The notes: generated from the letters alone by a model not told the origin. A stretch of DNA of 64,000 bases from Gammaproteobacteria bacterium (GCA_027315405.1 DAHUYB010000068.1:13391-77390), one strand, 5' to 3'. Positions 23,204 through 33,438 are shown, counted from the stretch's first letter. Program-made: numbers and translations.

Positions 23204-24222
23204 TTACCGTGCTCGAACCCGGGTGGTTTACCAGCTTCCAGGACAGGGGCCGCAACGGCTTTGCCCATCTAGGCGTACCACAAGCAGGTGCGGCCGATAG
23301 CCTGAGCCTGAGACATGCCAACCTGCTGGTAGGAAATACCGGCAACGCTGGGGCATTGGAGATAACCCTGAGCGGGCCGATGCTGCGTTTCGAAATCAAT
23401 ACTGTGATTGCGTTGGCAGGCGGTCGTCTTGAGGCGCAGCTTGATGATTTGCCTTTGCCCATGTATCAAAGCATACCGGTACGTGCCGGCCAGGTATTGA
23501 CGTGTGGCCGCCTATTGACGGGACTGCGCTGTTATCTCGCGGTGGCCGGCGGGTTTTCCGCAGAACCGGTGCTTGCCAGCATTTCCACCGATACTTTGAC
23601 GGGTTTGGGACCATCCGCTCTGCGGGCTGGCGACGCTCTATCCGTACAGATCCATATCCTCAATCAGGGTTGGTACCTGCGGGCACCGCCGGAATTTTCG
23701 GATAATGTGATGCTAAGGGTGATCGCGGGACCCCATAAGGAATGGTTCACCCCAAGTGCCCTGGCAGATTTTCTGGAAAGTGAATATCAGGTGCGTACCC
23801 ACAGCGACCGGACCGGCTTGCGCCTGGCGGGCCGGCAAATTCCACGCAGTCACCTGGGCGAGTTGCGATCACAAGGTATGGTGAGCGGTGCAATACAGGT
23901 GCCTGGGGATGGGCATCCCATCCTGCTGCTGCCCAATCACGGCACCACCGGCGGTTATCCGGTGATTGCGGTGGTTATCCACGCAGACCAACCACGCCTT
24001 GGTCAGTTGCGCCCCGGCACAAAGCTGCGTTTCGAGTCGGTGACGCGCGAGCAAGCGCTGACAGCTCTTCAAGTCGGCGAAACCGATTTACGTACTGCGC
24101 TTGTACCTGCCGATCCCGGGTTGTTGGCGGCTCGTAGCCTGATGCAACTGGCCAAATCCCATCCTTTCCTGCAGGAGGCCAGTTTGCAGATGGGTCAACG
24201 CAAGCTCCGTCTACGCCGCTGA
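23200..24222 (+). CDS. pxpC: 5-oxoprolinase subunit C (KipA / allophanate hydrolase subunit 2 family)
   Basis: Begins MITVLEPGWFTSFQDRGRNGFAHLGVPQAGAAD. The ATG at 23200 overlaps the pxpB stop (ATGA). The ORF-track start at 23098 is inside pxpB. Confidence 0.85.
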   Translation: MITVLEPGWFTSFQDRGRNGFAHLGVPQAGAADSLSLRHANLLVGNTGNAGALEITLSGPMLRFEINTVIALAGGRLEAQLDDLPLPMYQSIPVRAGQVLTCGRLLTGLRCYLAVAGGFSAEPVLASISTDTLTGLGPSALRAGDALSVQIHILNQGWYLRAPPEFSDNVMLRVIAGPHKEWFTPSALADFLESEYQVRTHSDRTGLRLAGRQIPRSHLGELRSQGMVSGAIQVPGDGHPILLLPNHGTTGGYPVIAVVIHADQPRLGQLRPGTKLRFESVTREQALTALQVGETDLRTALVPADPGLLAARSLMQLAKSHPFLQEASLQMGQRKLRLRR

Positions 24223-24254
24223 TCATCCTGAGTATTGGCAATAATTTGATTTTC

Positions 24255-24743
24255 ATGCGGAAAATCCACAATCAAATCAGTGTACTTATTTTCATGGGTG
24301 TGGTGGGTGGCGCACTCGTAGCCTGCGCGCCTTGGCCGGAGAGACCGGAAGTCCGGCCGTATAGTGCGGCGCAGGCAAAAACCGCTGCCGAAATCGTACG
24401 ACTTGTCCGCCAGCAACTGGGCATACGCTACGTTTATGGTGGCGATACTCCGGGCGGATTCGATTGTAGCGGGCTGGTGTATTATGTTTTCAGACGCGCT
24501 GGTCTGGCGGTGCCGCGTACCGCCAATGCGCAGTTATATGCCTCGCATCCCGTCAATTTTCAGGATCTGCACCCCGGGGACTTGGTGTTTTTTGAGATTG
24601 CCGGCAATGTGCAAATGCACGTAGGAATTTATGTGGGCAACGGCGAATTCATCCATGCGTCGGAAACCGGGCAGCCCGTATCCTATGCGTTTTTGGATAA
24701 CCCTTATTGGAAAACGCGTTTTGTGGGCGGCGGCCGGTTCTGA
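24255..24743 (+). CDS. NlpC/P60 (C40) cysteine peptidase lipoprotein
   Basis: Lipobox GALVAC. Catalytic region YVYGGDTPGGFDCSGLVYYVF, then HVGIYVGNGEFIHA. Confidence 0.85.
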   Translation: MRKIHNQISVLIFMGVVGGALVACAPWPERPEVRPYSAAQAKTAAEIVRLVRQQLGIRYVYGGDTPGGFDCSGLVYYVFRRAGLAVPRTANAQLYASHPVNFQDLHPGDLVFFEIAGNVQMHVGIYVGNGEFIHASETGQPVSYAFLDNPYWKTRFVGGGRF

Positions 24744-24893
24744 AGCAAGGCTTGACCGAAAACTGGCCCCGCATCTTTACCCGACAACACCGGGAATATT
24801 CCTGGGTCTATCAGACTATCTTCCATGATTTTCCTGCGTCGCGCCGCTTTCCTTTTGTGCTGGTGTGTACACGCTAATGGATATTAAAAGGTC

Positions 24894-26153
24894 GTGCACA
24901 TGTGGTTGGCGTTGAATGAACTGCATCCCACCACCCGGCGCTTGCTGGCATCGCGGGCAGTGCGCAGCGTGGCCCAGGGCGCGCTGGTGGCGGACTTGTC
25001 CCTGTATCTGCATGCCCTGCACTGGAGTGGCCTGGGGATCGGCCTGACATTGACCGCCGGAGGGTTGATTGCCGCAGTCTTGAGTTTACTCATCGGCATC
25101 GCCAGTGACAGCTTCAAACGCAAACCATTCCTGCTGTACAACGAAGGTCTCACAGTAGTGTGCGGTTTGGCGCCGTTAGTAAGCGCCAGCCCGGTAGTAC
25201 TGGTGATAGCCATCATCATCGGCGGCTTTGGCCGCGGCAGCAACGGCTCCGCTGGTCCGTTTGCACCCGCGGAGCAGGCTTGGCTTGCGGAAGCCGCGCC
25301 GCCCGTGAATCGCGGTTGGATATACAGTTTGAATACCGCCGCAGGCTTTTTCGGAATGACCTTGGGTGCGCTGCTGGCTATATTGCCGGCCTTTTGGGTG
25401 CATCCCCTGGGTCCGCAGTTGGCATACAGCCCAATATTCATGATCGTAGCGCTGGGAGGTTGCGTGAATCTGTGGCTGCTGAGTGGTGCGCGTGAGCTGC
25501 GCGCCGAGCCGGGGTCACGCCAGAGCGCGAACACGTTCAAGAAAACCCCTGCCCATCGTTTCGAGAATCACATCCTGTGGCGACTGTTTCAGCTTAATAC
25601 TATCAACGGCCTTTCTATCGGCCTGACGGGAACCTTGATTGCATACTGGTTTGCTCTTAAATTCCATATCGGCCCTGGCGCTATCGCGCCGATGATGGCG
25701 ATTACTTTTGCGCTCACCGGCATGACCTCCATTTTTGCCGGCCGGCTTACGCAGCGGCATGGCCTGGTAAGCTCGGTGCTGTGGTCACGGGGTATCGGCG
25801 TGCTATTGCTAATGCTTCTGCCGCTCATGCCCTGGTTCTGGTTGGCAGCGATCATTTATATGTTGCGGCTCGCATCCAGCGGGGCATCCCTGGGCGCACG
25901 CCAGGCGCAAGTGGTGTCGCTGGTGCGTGACGAACGCCGGGGCTTGGCAACCAGCGTGAATGCGGCAGCGTTTCAGGTGCCGCAATCCATCGGGCCGGGA
26001 ATTGCAGGACCGATGATTGCCGCCGGCATGTTTGTTACGCCCTTTTATCTGGCTGCGGGGTTGCAGGTGCTGTACGTCATTGGTTATGGACGCGTATTCC
26101 GTCGTTACGAGCGGGTTGGAATGGCGACGCCGGAAAAAAAATCGCCCCTTTGA
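24894..26153 (+). CDS. MFS transporter
   Basis: 419 aa with about 12 hydrophobic segments in a 6+6 layout and a basic loop (SDSFKRKP) after TM2. The substrate is unknown. Confidence 0.75.
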   Translation: MHMWLALNELHPTTRRLLASRAVRSVAQGALVADLSLYLHALHWSGLGIGLTLTAGGLIAAVLSLLIGIASDSFKRKPFLLYNEGLTVVCGLAPLVSASPVVLVIAIIIGGFGRGSNGSAGPFAPAEQAWLAEAAPPVNRGWIYSLNTAAGFFGMTLGALLAILPAFWVHPLGPQLAYSPIFMIVALGGCVNLWLLSGARELRAEPGSRQSANTFKKTPAHRFENHILWRLFQLNTINGLSIGLTGTLIAYWFALKFHIGPGAIAPMMAITFALTGMTSIFAGRLTQRHGLVSSVLWSRGIGVLLLMLLPLMPWFWLAAIIYMLRLASSGASLGARQAQVVSLVRDERRGLATSVNAAAFQVPQSIGPGIAGPMIAAGMFVTPFYLAAGLQVLYVIGYGRVFRRYERVGMATPEKKSPL

Positions 26154-26186
26154 GCGGGATGTGCTCCGGATAGATGTCCGATTAAA

Positions 26187-27101
26187 TTATGGTGAATTGT
26201 TTAATATTGTGTTGACAGTCTGTTGCGCAATAACGGGTATATTGCCGCTGTATGTAAAAACGATATTGTCGGCGGTGGCAGGGTTATCCTGGGCGGCCTG
26301 ACAGGTGAATGCCAGTGTGTATTCGCCAGCCGGCAGGTAGGCAGCGGTGAACTCATACTCGCCGGTCGTATTGTCTAGCTGCACGGTGCTCTCGGTGACC
26401 GGCTGACTGGCCAGTGGCGCGCTGTCGTTGATGTCGGTGGGTGCGGCATTGGCGCTGGCAAACACATAGACCGCCGGTGTGCAGCCGGGGGTAATGAGCG
26501 TATTCGGCACCACCCCGATGATGTTGCCGGCATCCATGACGTTCACCATGCGGCCGATGGGTGACAGTTGGTAGGCGGTGGAACCCACGGCCGGCGGGAG
26601 CACGGATTTGCGCGCATCGAAGTCTATGAAGTAGTCACCCGCCATGCTGTTGCTGATGGTAAATGGTGCGTTGATATTCAGGGAGGTGAATTCAGAACAT
26701 GGCAAACCACAGGGATAGGGAGGCGGGACGATCAAGGCGTGCTGACTGCCGTCGTTGAGAATGATATACGAATCCGTGCCGCTGCCGTTGGCGCTGATAG
26801 TCAGTACCAATCCCTTATACTGGCCGGCAGGCAGGATCCAGTTGCCGATGAGCGGCGTGCTTATGCCCTGTTGCAGTTGCAGCAGGTCAATTTGCTGGGG
26901 TTGCGGGAAATTGAAATTAATAGGATTGCCGTTCACAGGTATTGCTTGCACACTGACGATATCCACCACCACGCTGGTGGCGTTGTCCGCGGGTGTATCG
27001 GTAATCGAGAGCTGCATCTGGCCATTGCCACTGCTAACGCAGCCGGCAAACGCAGCAAAGATCAGAGACAGAACCAGGAACCTGTAGATATGCCGACACA
27101 T
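26187..27101 (-). CDS. DUF4382-like lipoprotein (paralog 1)
   Basis: Start MCRHIYRFLVLSLIFAAFAGC (lipobox). LSITDTPADNATSVVVDIVSVQA..IDLLQLQQG..LPAGQYKGLVL..DFDARKSV matches the DUF4382 pattern as I recall it. The C-terminal beta-rich domain ends YTLAFTCQAAQDNP. Confidence 0.65.
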   Translation of the reverse strand: MCRHIYRFLVLSLIFAAFAGCVSSGNGQMQLSITDTPADNATSVVVDIVSVQAIPVNGNPINFNFPQPQQIDLLQLQQGISTPLIGNWILPAGQYKGLVLTISANGSGTDSYIILNDGSQHALIVPPPYPCGLPCSEFTSLNINAPFTISNSMAGDYFIDFDARKSVLPPAVGSTAYQLSPIGRMVNVMDAGNIIGVVPNTLITPGCTPAVYVFASANAAPTDINDSAPLASQPVTESTVQLDNTTGEYEFTAAYLPAGEYTLAFTCQAAQDNPATADNIVFTYSGNIPVIAQQTVNTILNNSP

Positions 27102-27218
27102 AGACACCTCCCAAACCGCGAGTATCGGCCGGAACTTCAAGCCGGCTGGCGCTGAATTTTACCCTGATTTAAACGCCTGAGCCTGTCAACGGTTACCCCT
27201 TGCCGGCGCTGCCAGTCT

Positions 27219-28100
27219 TCAATTCAAGCTGACGAAGGTGGTTTGCCCGGCGTTTACACTGGCGGTGGTCACGGACGTGAAGCTGATATTGTCGGTAGTG
27301 GTCGGGTTATCCTGGGCAGCTTGGCAGGTGAAGGCCACGGTATACAGTCCCGGCGGCAGCCAGCCAACGGTGAAATTGTATTGTGCCGTGGTGCTGTTGA
27401 TACCCACCAGAGCACTGCTGATAGGCTGCACTGTGCCCGACGGTGCATTGATATTTACATCCGTGGGCGTCACCTTGCCGCTGTAAACATAGATGGCGGG
27501 GGAGCAGCCAGACGGCACCAGTGTTGTTGCTACGGAACCCGTGATGCTGCCGGCGTCAAGATTATTTACAGCCCGCAGCGATGGTTGCAGGATGTATTGT
27601 CCCGGATTGTTGGGGTCTGGATAGATAGACCTGCGCAAGTCCATATCCACGGTGTAATTGGCGCTTATGTTCCGAAAGACGATGAAATTCACGGGCACGG
27701 TGATTTTTGTCGGCGATCCGGCGGGTATGACAAGTGGATCGGTATTACCGCTGCCGATCAGCGTGATATTCGAATCCAGTGTCCCCGGCGCGGCTTCGAA
27801 GTACAGGGTGATGGAGGTGTAATGGCCGGTTGGCAAAGGTTGGCTGATCAGGAATTGCGAGAGACCGCCTTGTAATTGGTAAAAATTGAACGTCGCTGGA
27901 GCTGGGAATGGATAGTACAGCGTGCCGGCGTCCCCGGTTACGTCCAATTCGGTCAATGTAATATTGATGCTGTTTGCCCCATCAATCGGCGCATCGGCGA
28001 TGTAAAGATTGAGGCTGGGCGTACTGGAACCACCACCACAACTGGCGACTAGCAGTAGCACGCACACGACGGCGGCGGACCGGGCAATCAGTCTGAGCAT
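27219..28100 (-). CDS. DUF4382-like lipoprotein (paralog 2)
   Basis: Lipobox LLVASC. LYIADAPIDGANSINITLTELDV..FYQLQGG..LPTGHYTSITL..DMDLRRSI, with C-terminal YTVAFTCQAAQDNP shared with paralog 1. Confidence 0.65.
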   Translation of the reverse strand: MLRLIARSAAVVCVLLLVASCGGGSSTPSLNLYIADAPIDGANSINITLTELDVTGDAGTLYYPFPAPATFNFYQLQGGLSQFLISQPLPTGHYTSITLYFEAAPGTLDSNITLIGSGNTDPLVIPAGSPTKITVPVNFIVFRNISANYTVDMDLRRSIYPDPNNPGQYILQPSLRAVNNLDAGSITGSVATTLVPSGCSPAIYVYSGKVTPTDVNINAPSGTVQPISSALVGINSTTAQYNFTVGWLPPGLYTVAFTCQAAQDNPTTTDNISFTSVTTASVNAGQTTFVSLN

Positions 28101-28221
28101 GGGGGGCTCCGAATCAGGATATGTGACAGCTGGGAGGTTGGTTCTATATGACTGACGGCAAGTTTACCGCGTACCGCTCCCGGCTCCTAGAGGTACAGCA
28201 CATTAAGCGGGACGCATGCCA

Positions 28222-28267
28222 TAAAAAAAGAGGGGCCTCTCATCAAAGGGGGAAAACAAGAGGCCCC
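28222..28267 (-). terminator. Rho-independent terminator-like hairpin downstream of hutH
   Basis: On the minus strand: GGGGCCTCT (28267-28259), an 18-nt loop, AGAGGCCCC (28240-28232), then TCTTTTTTTAT. The loop is long, so confidence is moderate. Confidence 0.5.
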
Positions 28268-28462
28268 AGACTTCCCCACGTTGCGTGAGGTCGCCATAAA
28301 CAGATAAATACCACGGCGATACTACATCCGCCGATCCAGAGTCTGTTCAAGACAGGTTTGATTATAGTCAAAATCCCAAAACATATCGCCGACATGACAT
28401 AAATTCAGCAACCGGTGATTTTGCTGGAATTCCCGAAAATCACCTGAACCCTGGATACCGAT

Positions 28463-29995
28463 TTAGGCCAATAATAAATGGCTGACGGCATCCCCGTTCA
28501 GGCATCCAGCCAGTAGGCCGTTGTTTAGTTGCTTGGCAATCTGGCGGATGTCGCCATCCAGCCGCCGATCGCCGTCATGGTCTGCCGCGTGCCGGCGCAG
28601 CAGCGCGTGGACTACTTCCAATTGAGCGGTGGTTTTTAGCGGCCGTTGAGCATCGATAGCCGCGGCCGCCGCCAGTGCCTCGATTGCCAGGATGTAGCGC
28701 ACGTTTTCCAGTATCTGTAGCAGCTTCAAACCCGCCCACGGCGCCATGCTCACGTGGTCTTCCTGGCCTGCGGAGGTTGGGATGGTATCCACGGAGGCGG
28801 GGTGGGCGAGGGTCTTGTTTTCTGAAGCTAGGGCTGCAGCCCCCACATGCGCAATCATGAAGCCCGATTCCACGCCCGGTTCCCGGGCCAGGAACATTTC
28901 CAGCCGCGGGTTGATTTTTTTGAGCAATAGGTCGGTACGCCGTTCGGAGATGTTGCCGAGCTCGGTGACGGCAATGGCCATAAAATCCGCCACGAAGGCC
29001 AAGGGTTCCGCATGGAAATTGCCGCCCGAGAGCACCTCCTCGCCGAAAATCAGCGGATTGTCTGAAACGCTGTTACATTCCTTGCCCAATATTTTGGCAG
29101 CATGCGCAAGCGTGTCCCACACGGCACCGTATACCTGCGGCATGCAGCGTAAGGCGTACGGGTCTTGCACCCGGTCGCAGCCTTGGTGGGACCGCCAGAT
29201 TTCGCTGCCGGTCAGGAGACTGCGGAACAATTCCGCCACCTGAATTTGTCCCGGCAGGTTGCGTACTGCGTGGATGCGCGCATCAAAGGGACTATAGCTG
29301 CCTGCCAAGGCCTCCAACGTCAGCGCCCCAATCACGATGGACGACAGCAAGATATTGTGGGCCTGAAACAGACCCTCCATGGCGAGCGCCGCACTCATCT
29401 GGGTGCCGTTGAGTAAGGCCAATCCTTCCTTGGCTTCGAGCTGCACCGGTTTCGTATCCGCAGCGGCGAGCAATGCCGCGCCGCGCAGCAATTTTCCCTG
29501 GTGTAAGGCCTCACCCTCGCCGATGAGCGCCAAGGCCATGTGGGCGAGTGGCGCCAGATCACCAGACGCGCCTACGGAACCTTTCGCGGGAATCACCGGC
29601 AGCACGTCGTGATTGAGCAGTGCCAGCAGTGTGTCAACCACCAGCGAGCGAATGCCGGAGTTGCCTATGGCCAGGCTATTGGCCTTGAGCAGCAGAATGC
29701 GGCGGGTGATCGCAGGCGAAAGCGGGTCACCAAAACCGCAAGCATGGCTGCGCACCAGGTTGTACTGCAACTGAATGAGTTGGTCGCGGGAAATATGCTC
29801 GCGGGCCAAGGCACCGAACCCGGTATTGATGCCGTAACATACCCGTCCGGTTTCGATGACACGGCGGACTGTGTCCACGCTCATCTGCATTTGCAGGCGC
29901 GCATTGTCAGCGAGTACAGTCTGCGACCGACTCGCATCAAATTCAGCCAGCATCTTGAGCGTCAGATCAGCACCGGTGAGTGACAACTGGGTCAT
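28463..29995 (-). CDS. hutH: Histidine ammonia-lyase
   Basis: 510 aa. MIO-forming motif GSVGASGDLAPLAHMAL, with full-length HAL-like sequence. Confidence 0.95.
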   Translation of the reverse strand: MTQLSLTGADLTLKMLAEFDASRSQTVLADNARLQMQMSVDTVRRVIETGRVCYGINTGFGALAREHISRDQLIQLQYNLVRSHACGFGDPLSPAITRRILLLKANSLAIGNSGIRSLVVDTLLALLNHDVLPVIPAKGSVGASGDLAPLAHMALALIGEGEALHQGKLLRGAALLAAADTKPVQLEAKEGLALLNGTQMSAALAMEGLFQAHNILLSSIVIGALTLEALAGSYSPFDARIHAVRNLPGQIQVAELFRSLLTGSEIWRSHQGCDRVQDPYALRCMPQVYGAVWDTLAHAAKILGKECNSVSDNPLIFGEEVLSGGNFHAEPLAFVADFMAIAVTELGNISERRTDLLLKKINPRLEMFLAREPGVESGFMIAHVGAAALASENKTLAHPASVDTIPTSAGQEDHVSMAPWAGLKLLQILENVRYILAIEALAAAAAIDAQRPLKTTAQLEVVHALLRRHAADHDGDRRLDGDIRQIAKQLNNGLLAGCLNGDAVSHLLLA

Positions 29996-31176
29996 ATCCT
30001 GTTTCCCTTGAAGAATATTGCATCGGGCCTTAGTCCGCCCAACTGGTAAAGCAGAAATTCTGGAGCCGGCAGGTCCCAGACGCTGAAATCCGCGTGTCGT
30101 CCCGGCGTGAGACTGCCGATTTTATCCGACCGGCCCAGGGCCTGAGCGGCATTGCGAGTCACCCCCAATAGGATTTCTGCGGGCGTGAGTCCGAAAGTGA
30201 TGGCGCTCATGTGCATCACCGTGAGCAGGCTGACGATCGGCGAGGAGCCGGGATTCAGGTCCGTGGCCACTGCCATGGGAACCTGGTGACGGCGCAACAG
30301 CGCTATCGGCGGTTTGCGGTTTTCACGCAGGAAATAAAACGCTCCAGGCAGCAGGACCGCGACGCTTCCGGAGCGATACATTGCCAGAACATCTTCTTCG
30401 GTTGCATATTCCAGGTGATCACAGGACAAGGCACCATGGGCTGCGGCCGCTGTGGTAGCGCCCATATTGGAAAGCTGGTCGCTATGAGCACGGGTTTTCA
30501 GCCCGGCTTTGGCGGCCTGCATGAACAGCTGGCGCAGATCTTCGGTTGTGAAAGCCATGGTTTCAGCAAAGATATCCACGCTTTCCGCCAGTTTCTCCCG
30601 CACCACTGCTGGTAGCATGTTGTTGATGACATCGGAAAAATAATCTTCGCGGGTGCGCCCGCTGGGCACCGCATGTGCTCCCAGGAAAGTCGGTACGATA
30701 TCCATATCCAGTTGCCGGCGCAGCTGGCGTATGGCGCGCAGCATTTTGAGTTCATTCTCCATATCCAGGCCATAGCCGCTTTTGATTTCAACGGTGGTGA
30801 CGCCCTCGGCATGCAATGTCCTCAAGCGCGGCAGGGTTTCCCTCACCAGCTGTTCTTCACTGGCGGCGTGCACTGCGTTTACGGTGGCCTGGATACCGCC
30901 GCCGGCGCGCGCCAAGTCCCCGTAAGTCGCGCCCTGGAGTTTAAGTGCATGTTCCGCCAGACGATTGCCGGCATACAGCGCATGGGTATGGCAATCCACA
31001 AAACCCGGCAGCACCACGCGATTGGCCGCATCAAAGACTTCCGTGGCGGGCGCATCCGCGGGTACGCCGAGGGCGGCGATGCGGCCGGCGCTGACCGCCA
31101 GGGTCCGTGCGGGCGCTTCGGCTGCTCCCTCATGCATGGGGTAAAGGCGGGCATTCTTGACAAGCAGGTCGTACAT
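29992..31176 (-). CDS. hutI: Imidazolonepropionase
   Basis: 394 aa amidohydrolase. PGFVDCHTHALYAG, and a 4-nt overlap with hutH. Confidence 0.92.
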   Translation of the reverse strand: MYDLLVKNARLYPMHEGAAEAPARTLAVSAGRIAALGVPADAPATEVFDAANRVVLPGFVDCHTHALYAGNRLAEHALKLQGATYGDLARAGGGIQATVNAVHAASEEQLVRETLPRLRTLHAEGVTTVEIKSGYGLDMENELKMLRAIRQLRRQLDMDIVPTFLGAHAVPSGRTREDYFSDVINNMLPAVVREKLAESVDIFAETMAFTTEDLRQLFMQAAKAGLKTRAHSDQLSNMGATTAAAAHGALSCDHLEYATEEDVLAMYRSGSVAVLLPGAFYFLRENRKPPIALLRRHQVPMAVATDLNPGSSPIVSLLTVMHMSAITFGLTPAEILLGVTRNAAQALGRSDKIGSLTPGRHADFSVWDLPAPEFLLYQLGGLRPDAIFFKGNRI

Positions 31177-31221
31177 GGGTCGTCCCTAGTCGCTGGCGCG
31201 CGAATCTGAGAGCATAAGGGT

Positions 31222-32553
31222 ATGCAGACGCGCCTTACTTTCAAATATGTGCTGACACCGGAAGGTTTGCGCCGTGACCAGACATTGGTAATTGGCGCCA
31301 GCGGCCTGATCGAGGCGCTGGAGCCGGGAATCGGCCACGCGGATGGTTTTTTCGCGATTCCCGGCATGCCCAATGCCCATAGCCATGCGTTCCAGCGCGC
31401 GCTCTCCGGTTTCGGAGAAATGCCCCACGGCGGGGATTCTTTCTGGAGTTGGCGCGAGGCCATGTACCACCTTGCCAATCGAGTAACGCCGGCCGACATG
31501 TTTGTGATTGCGCGCGAGGCGTTTCTCGACATGCTGCGCGGCGGATTTACCAGTGTCGCTGAATTTCATTATGTGCATCATATGCCGGACGGCCGTCCCG
31601 GTCCGGAAATGGCGCGGGCCATCGTGCAGGCGGCGCACGCAGTGGGCATCCACCTGCTGCTGTTGCCGGTGTTTTACCAGACCGGCGGTTTCAACACGCC
31701 GCCGACGGACGGGCAGCGGCGTTTCGTGCACGCCAGTATAGAGGACTACTGTGGTCTGCTGCAGGAACTGCACGGCGTACGTCTCGGTATCGCGCCCCAT
31801 TCCCTGCGCGCGGTAGCGCCTGAAATGCTGGTAAGGCTTATTAATGCAGTGGAAAACTTGTCCGGCGGCAAGTGGCCGATCCATATCCATGTGAGTGAGC
31901 AGCAGCGAGAAGTCGAGGAATGCCGGGTACGATACCACGCCGCACCGATTGAACTGCTGGCAGGCACGCTGGCGTTGAATCACCGCTGGAACCTGGTGCA
32001 TGCCACCCACGCCACGCCAGCGGAATGCCAGCTGATCATCAAGCAGGATGCCACGGTAGTGCTATGCCCCATCACCGAAGCCTACTTGGGCGACGGAATA
32101 TTTGCGGCGCAAGAGTTCGTGCGTGCGGGCGGCCGTTTTGCGATTGGCTCCGACAGCAACTGCCGCATTGACGCAGTCGAGGAACTGCGCTGGCTGGAAT
32201 ATGGTCAGCGCCTGCGGAAGCAGCAGCGCGCCCAACTTACCGGCGCCTCGGGTCTCGGCGCAGCCCTCTGGCAGCAGGCTTGCGCCGGCGGTGCGGCAGC
32301 TTTGGCGGAACCGGTGGGTGAAATCGCGGTGGGTAAGCGCGCCGATCTGGTGGTATTGGACGAACAGGGTTCACCCTGGCTCGGACACGATATCAACACC
32401 GTGCTGGATGCCCTGATCATCGGCGGCAGCCGGCACGATATCGCGGCGGTGTATGTGGGCGGCAAACGCCTGGTGGATCACGGCATGGCGACTGGCGCGG
32501 AAATTAGTACCCGCGAATTTGCCCGGGTCGTCACAGGGCTCAATGAGCAATGA
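31222..32553 (+). CDS. hutF: Formimidoylglutamate deiminase
   Basis: 443 aa amidohydrolase. IPGMPNAHSHAFQRALSGFGE. It is divergent from hutI and followed by hutG. Confidence 0.85.
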   Translation: MQTRLTFKYVLTPEGLRRDQTLVIGASGLIEALEPGIGHADGFFAIPGMPNAHSHAFQRALSGFGEMPHGGDSFWSWREAMYHLANRVTPADMFVIAREAFLDMLRGGFTSVAEFHYVHHMPDGRPGPEMARAIVQAAHAVGIHLLLLPVFYQTGGFNTPPTDGQRRFVHASIEDYCGLLQELHGVRLGIAPHSLRAVAPEMLVRLINAVENLSGGKWPIHIHVSEQQREVEECRVRYHAAPIELLAGTLALNHRWNLVHATHATPAECQLIIKQDATVVLCPITEAYLGDGIFAAQEFVRAGGRFAIGSDSNCRIDAVEELRWLEYGQRLRKQQRAQLTGASGLGAALWQQACAGGAAALAEPVGEIAVGKRADLVVLDEQGSPWLGHDINTVLDALIIGGSRHDIAAVYVGGKRLVDHGMATGAEISTREFARVVTGLNEQ

Positions 32554-33371
32554 GCATGCAGCTCAGGCCCTATGAAATTCGTGAACCGTCAGCACCCGAA
32601 ATACCGCTGCTGGTGAGCATTCCGCATACTGGCACCTACGTTCCTGATGCCATCGCCGCGGAATTCGCCTCCGATTACATCCGCAGCCTGCCCATGACCG
32701 ATTGGCACCTGCATCATTTATATGATTTTCTGCCGGCGCTGGGGGTCACGACCATTTATGCCACTTATAGCCGCTTTGTCGCGGACCTGAACCGTCCACC
32801 GGATAATGCACCGCTGTATCCGGGCCGCTTTGAAACCGGGTTTGTGGCGCTCCAGACTTTCCAGGGCGAGGATATTTACCGTGCGCCGCCGTCAGCGGAA
32901 GAAATTACCCGGCGCCGCGCTCTGGTGCACACTCCCTATCATGCCAAACTGCTGGAGTTAATCCACGCCAAGGTCATGCGATTTGGCCGGGTGGTGCTGA
33001 TTGATGCCCATAGCGTTGCGTCCCGCGCCAATCTGCTGCATGGCGAGCTCAAGGAACATATTTATCTGGGTGACCGCGACGGCCGAAGCTGTGAGCCCTG
33101 GTTGGTGGATGTCGCAGAGCGCGGTTTTCTGGAATCCCATTACACGCTGATGCGCAACCATCCCTACAAGGGTGGCTATATCACCGAACATTACGGCCAG
33201 CTTGAGCAGGTCGAGGCTTTGCAGATCGAGATGTGCCAGCGTGTCTATATGGATGAGGATGATCCGGCCGGGGGGCTGAGTCATCCCAATTTTACCCAGG
33301 CCAAAGCCCGCATTCGGGCCGTGCTTGAAACTGTGCGCGTCGAGACGCTCAAACAGCGGGCAGGCTGGTGA
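32550..33371 (+). CDS. hutG: N-formylglutamate amidohydrolase (deformylase)
   Basis: 273 aa. PLLVSIPHTGTYVPD, FVADLNRP and VLIDAHS motifs of the FGase family, with a 4-nt overlap with hutF. Confidence 0.85.
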   Translation: MSMQLRPYEIREPSAPEIPLLVSIPHTGTYVPDAIAAEFASDYIRSLPMTDWHLHHLYDFLPALGVTTIYATYSRFVADLNRPPDNAPLYPGRFETGFVALQTFQGEDIYRAPPSAEEITRRRALVHTPYHAKLLELIHAKVMRFGRVVLIDAHSVASRANLLHGELKEHIYLGDRDGRSCEPWLVDVAERGFLESHYTLMRNHPYKGGYITEHYGQLEQVEALQIEMCQRVYMDEDDPAGGLSHPNFTQAKARIRAVLETVRVETLKQRAGW

Positions 33372-33438
33372 AGCCGGGTTGATTTTTCTGAAAGTGCCCG
33401 CATTTTGTCCAGTTGATGCCTCCAGGAGGAGCAAACCC

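Noticed and set aside
24793-24802. A perfect 10-bp palindrome GGAATATTCC about 95 nt upstream of the MFS transporter gene.
   Set aside because: It is short and is the only copy I noticed in the window, and no cognate regulator gene is adjacent. It cannot be separated from chance without genome-wide statistics.
28243-28395. A 50-codon hydrophobic minus-strand ORF in the hutH 3' region, considered as a bona fide small membrane protein gene.
   Set aside because: It has no SD, its AT-rich codon usage is atypical for this genome, and the ORF terminates inside the terminator loop. It is reported only as part of the unexplained 3' region.
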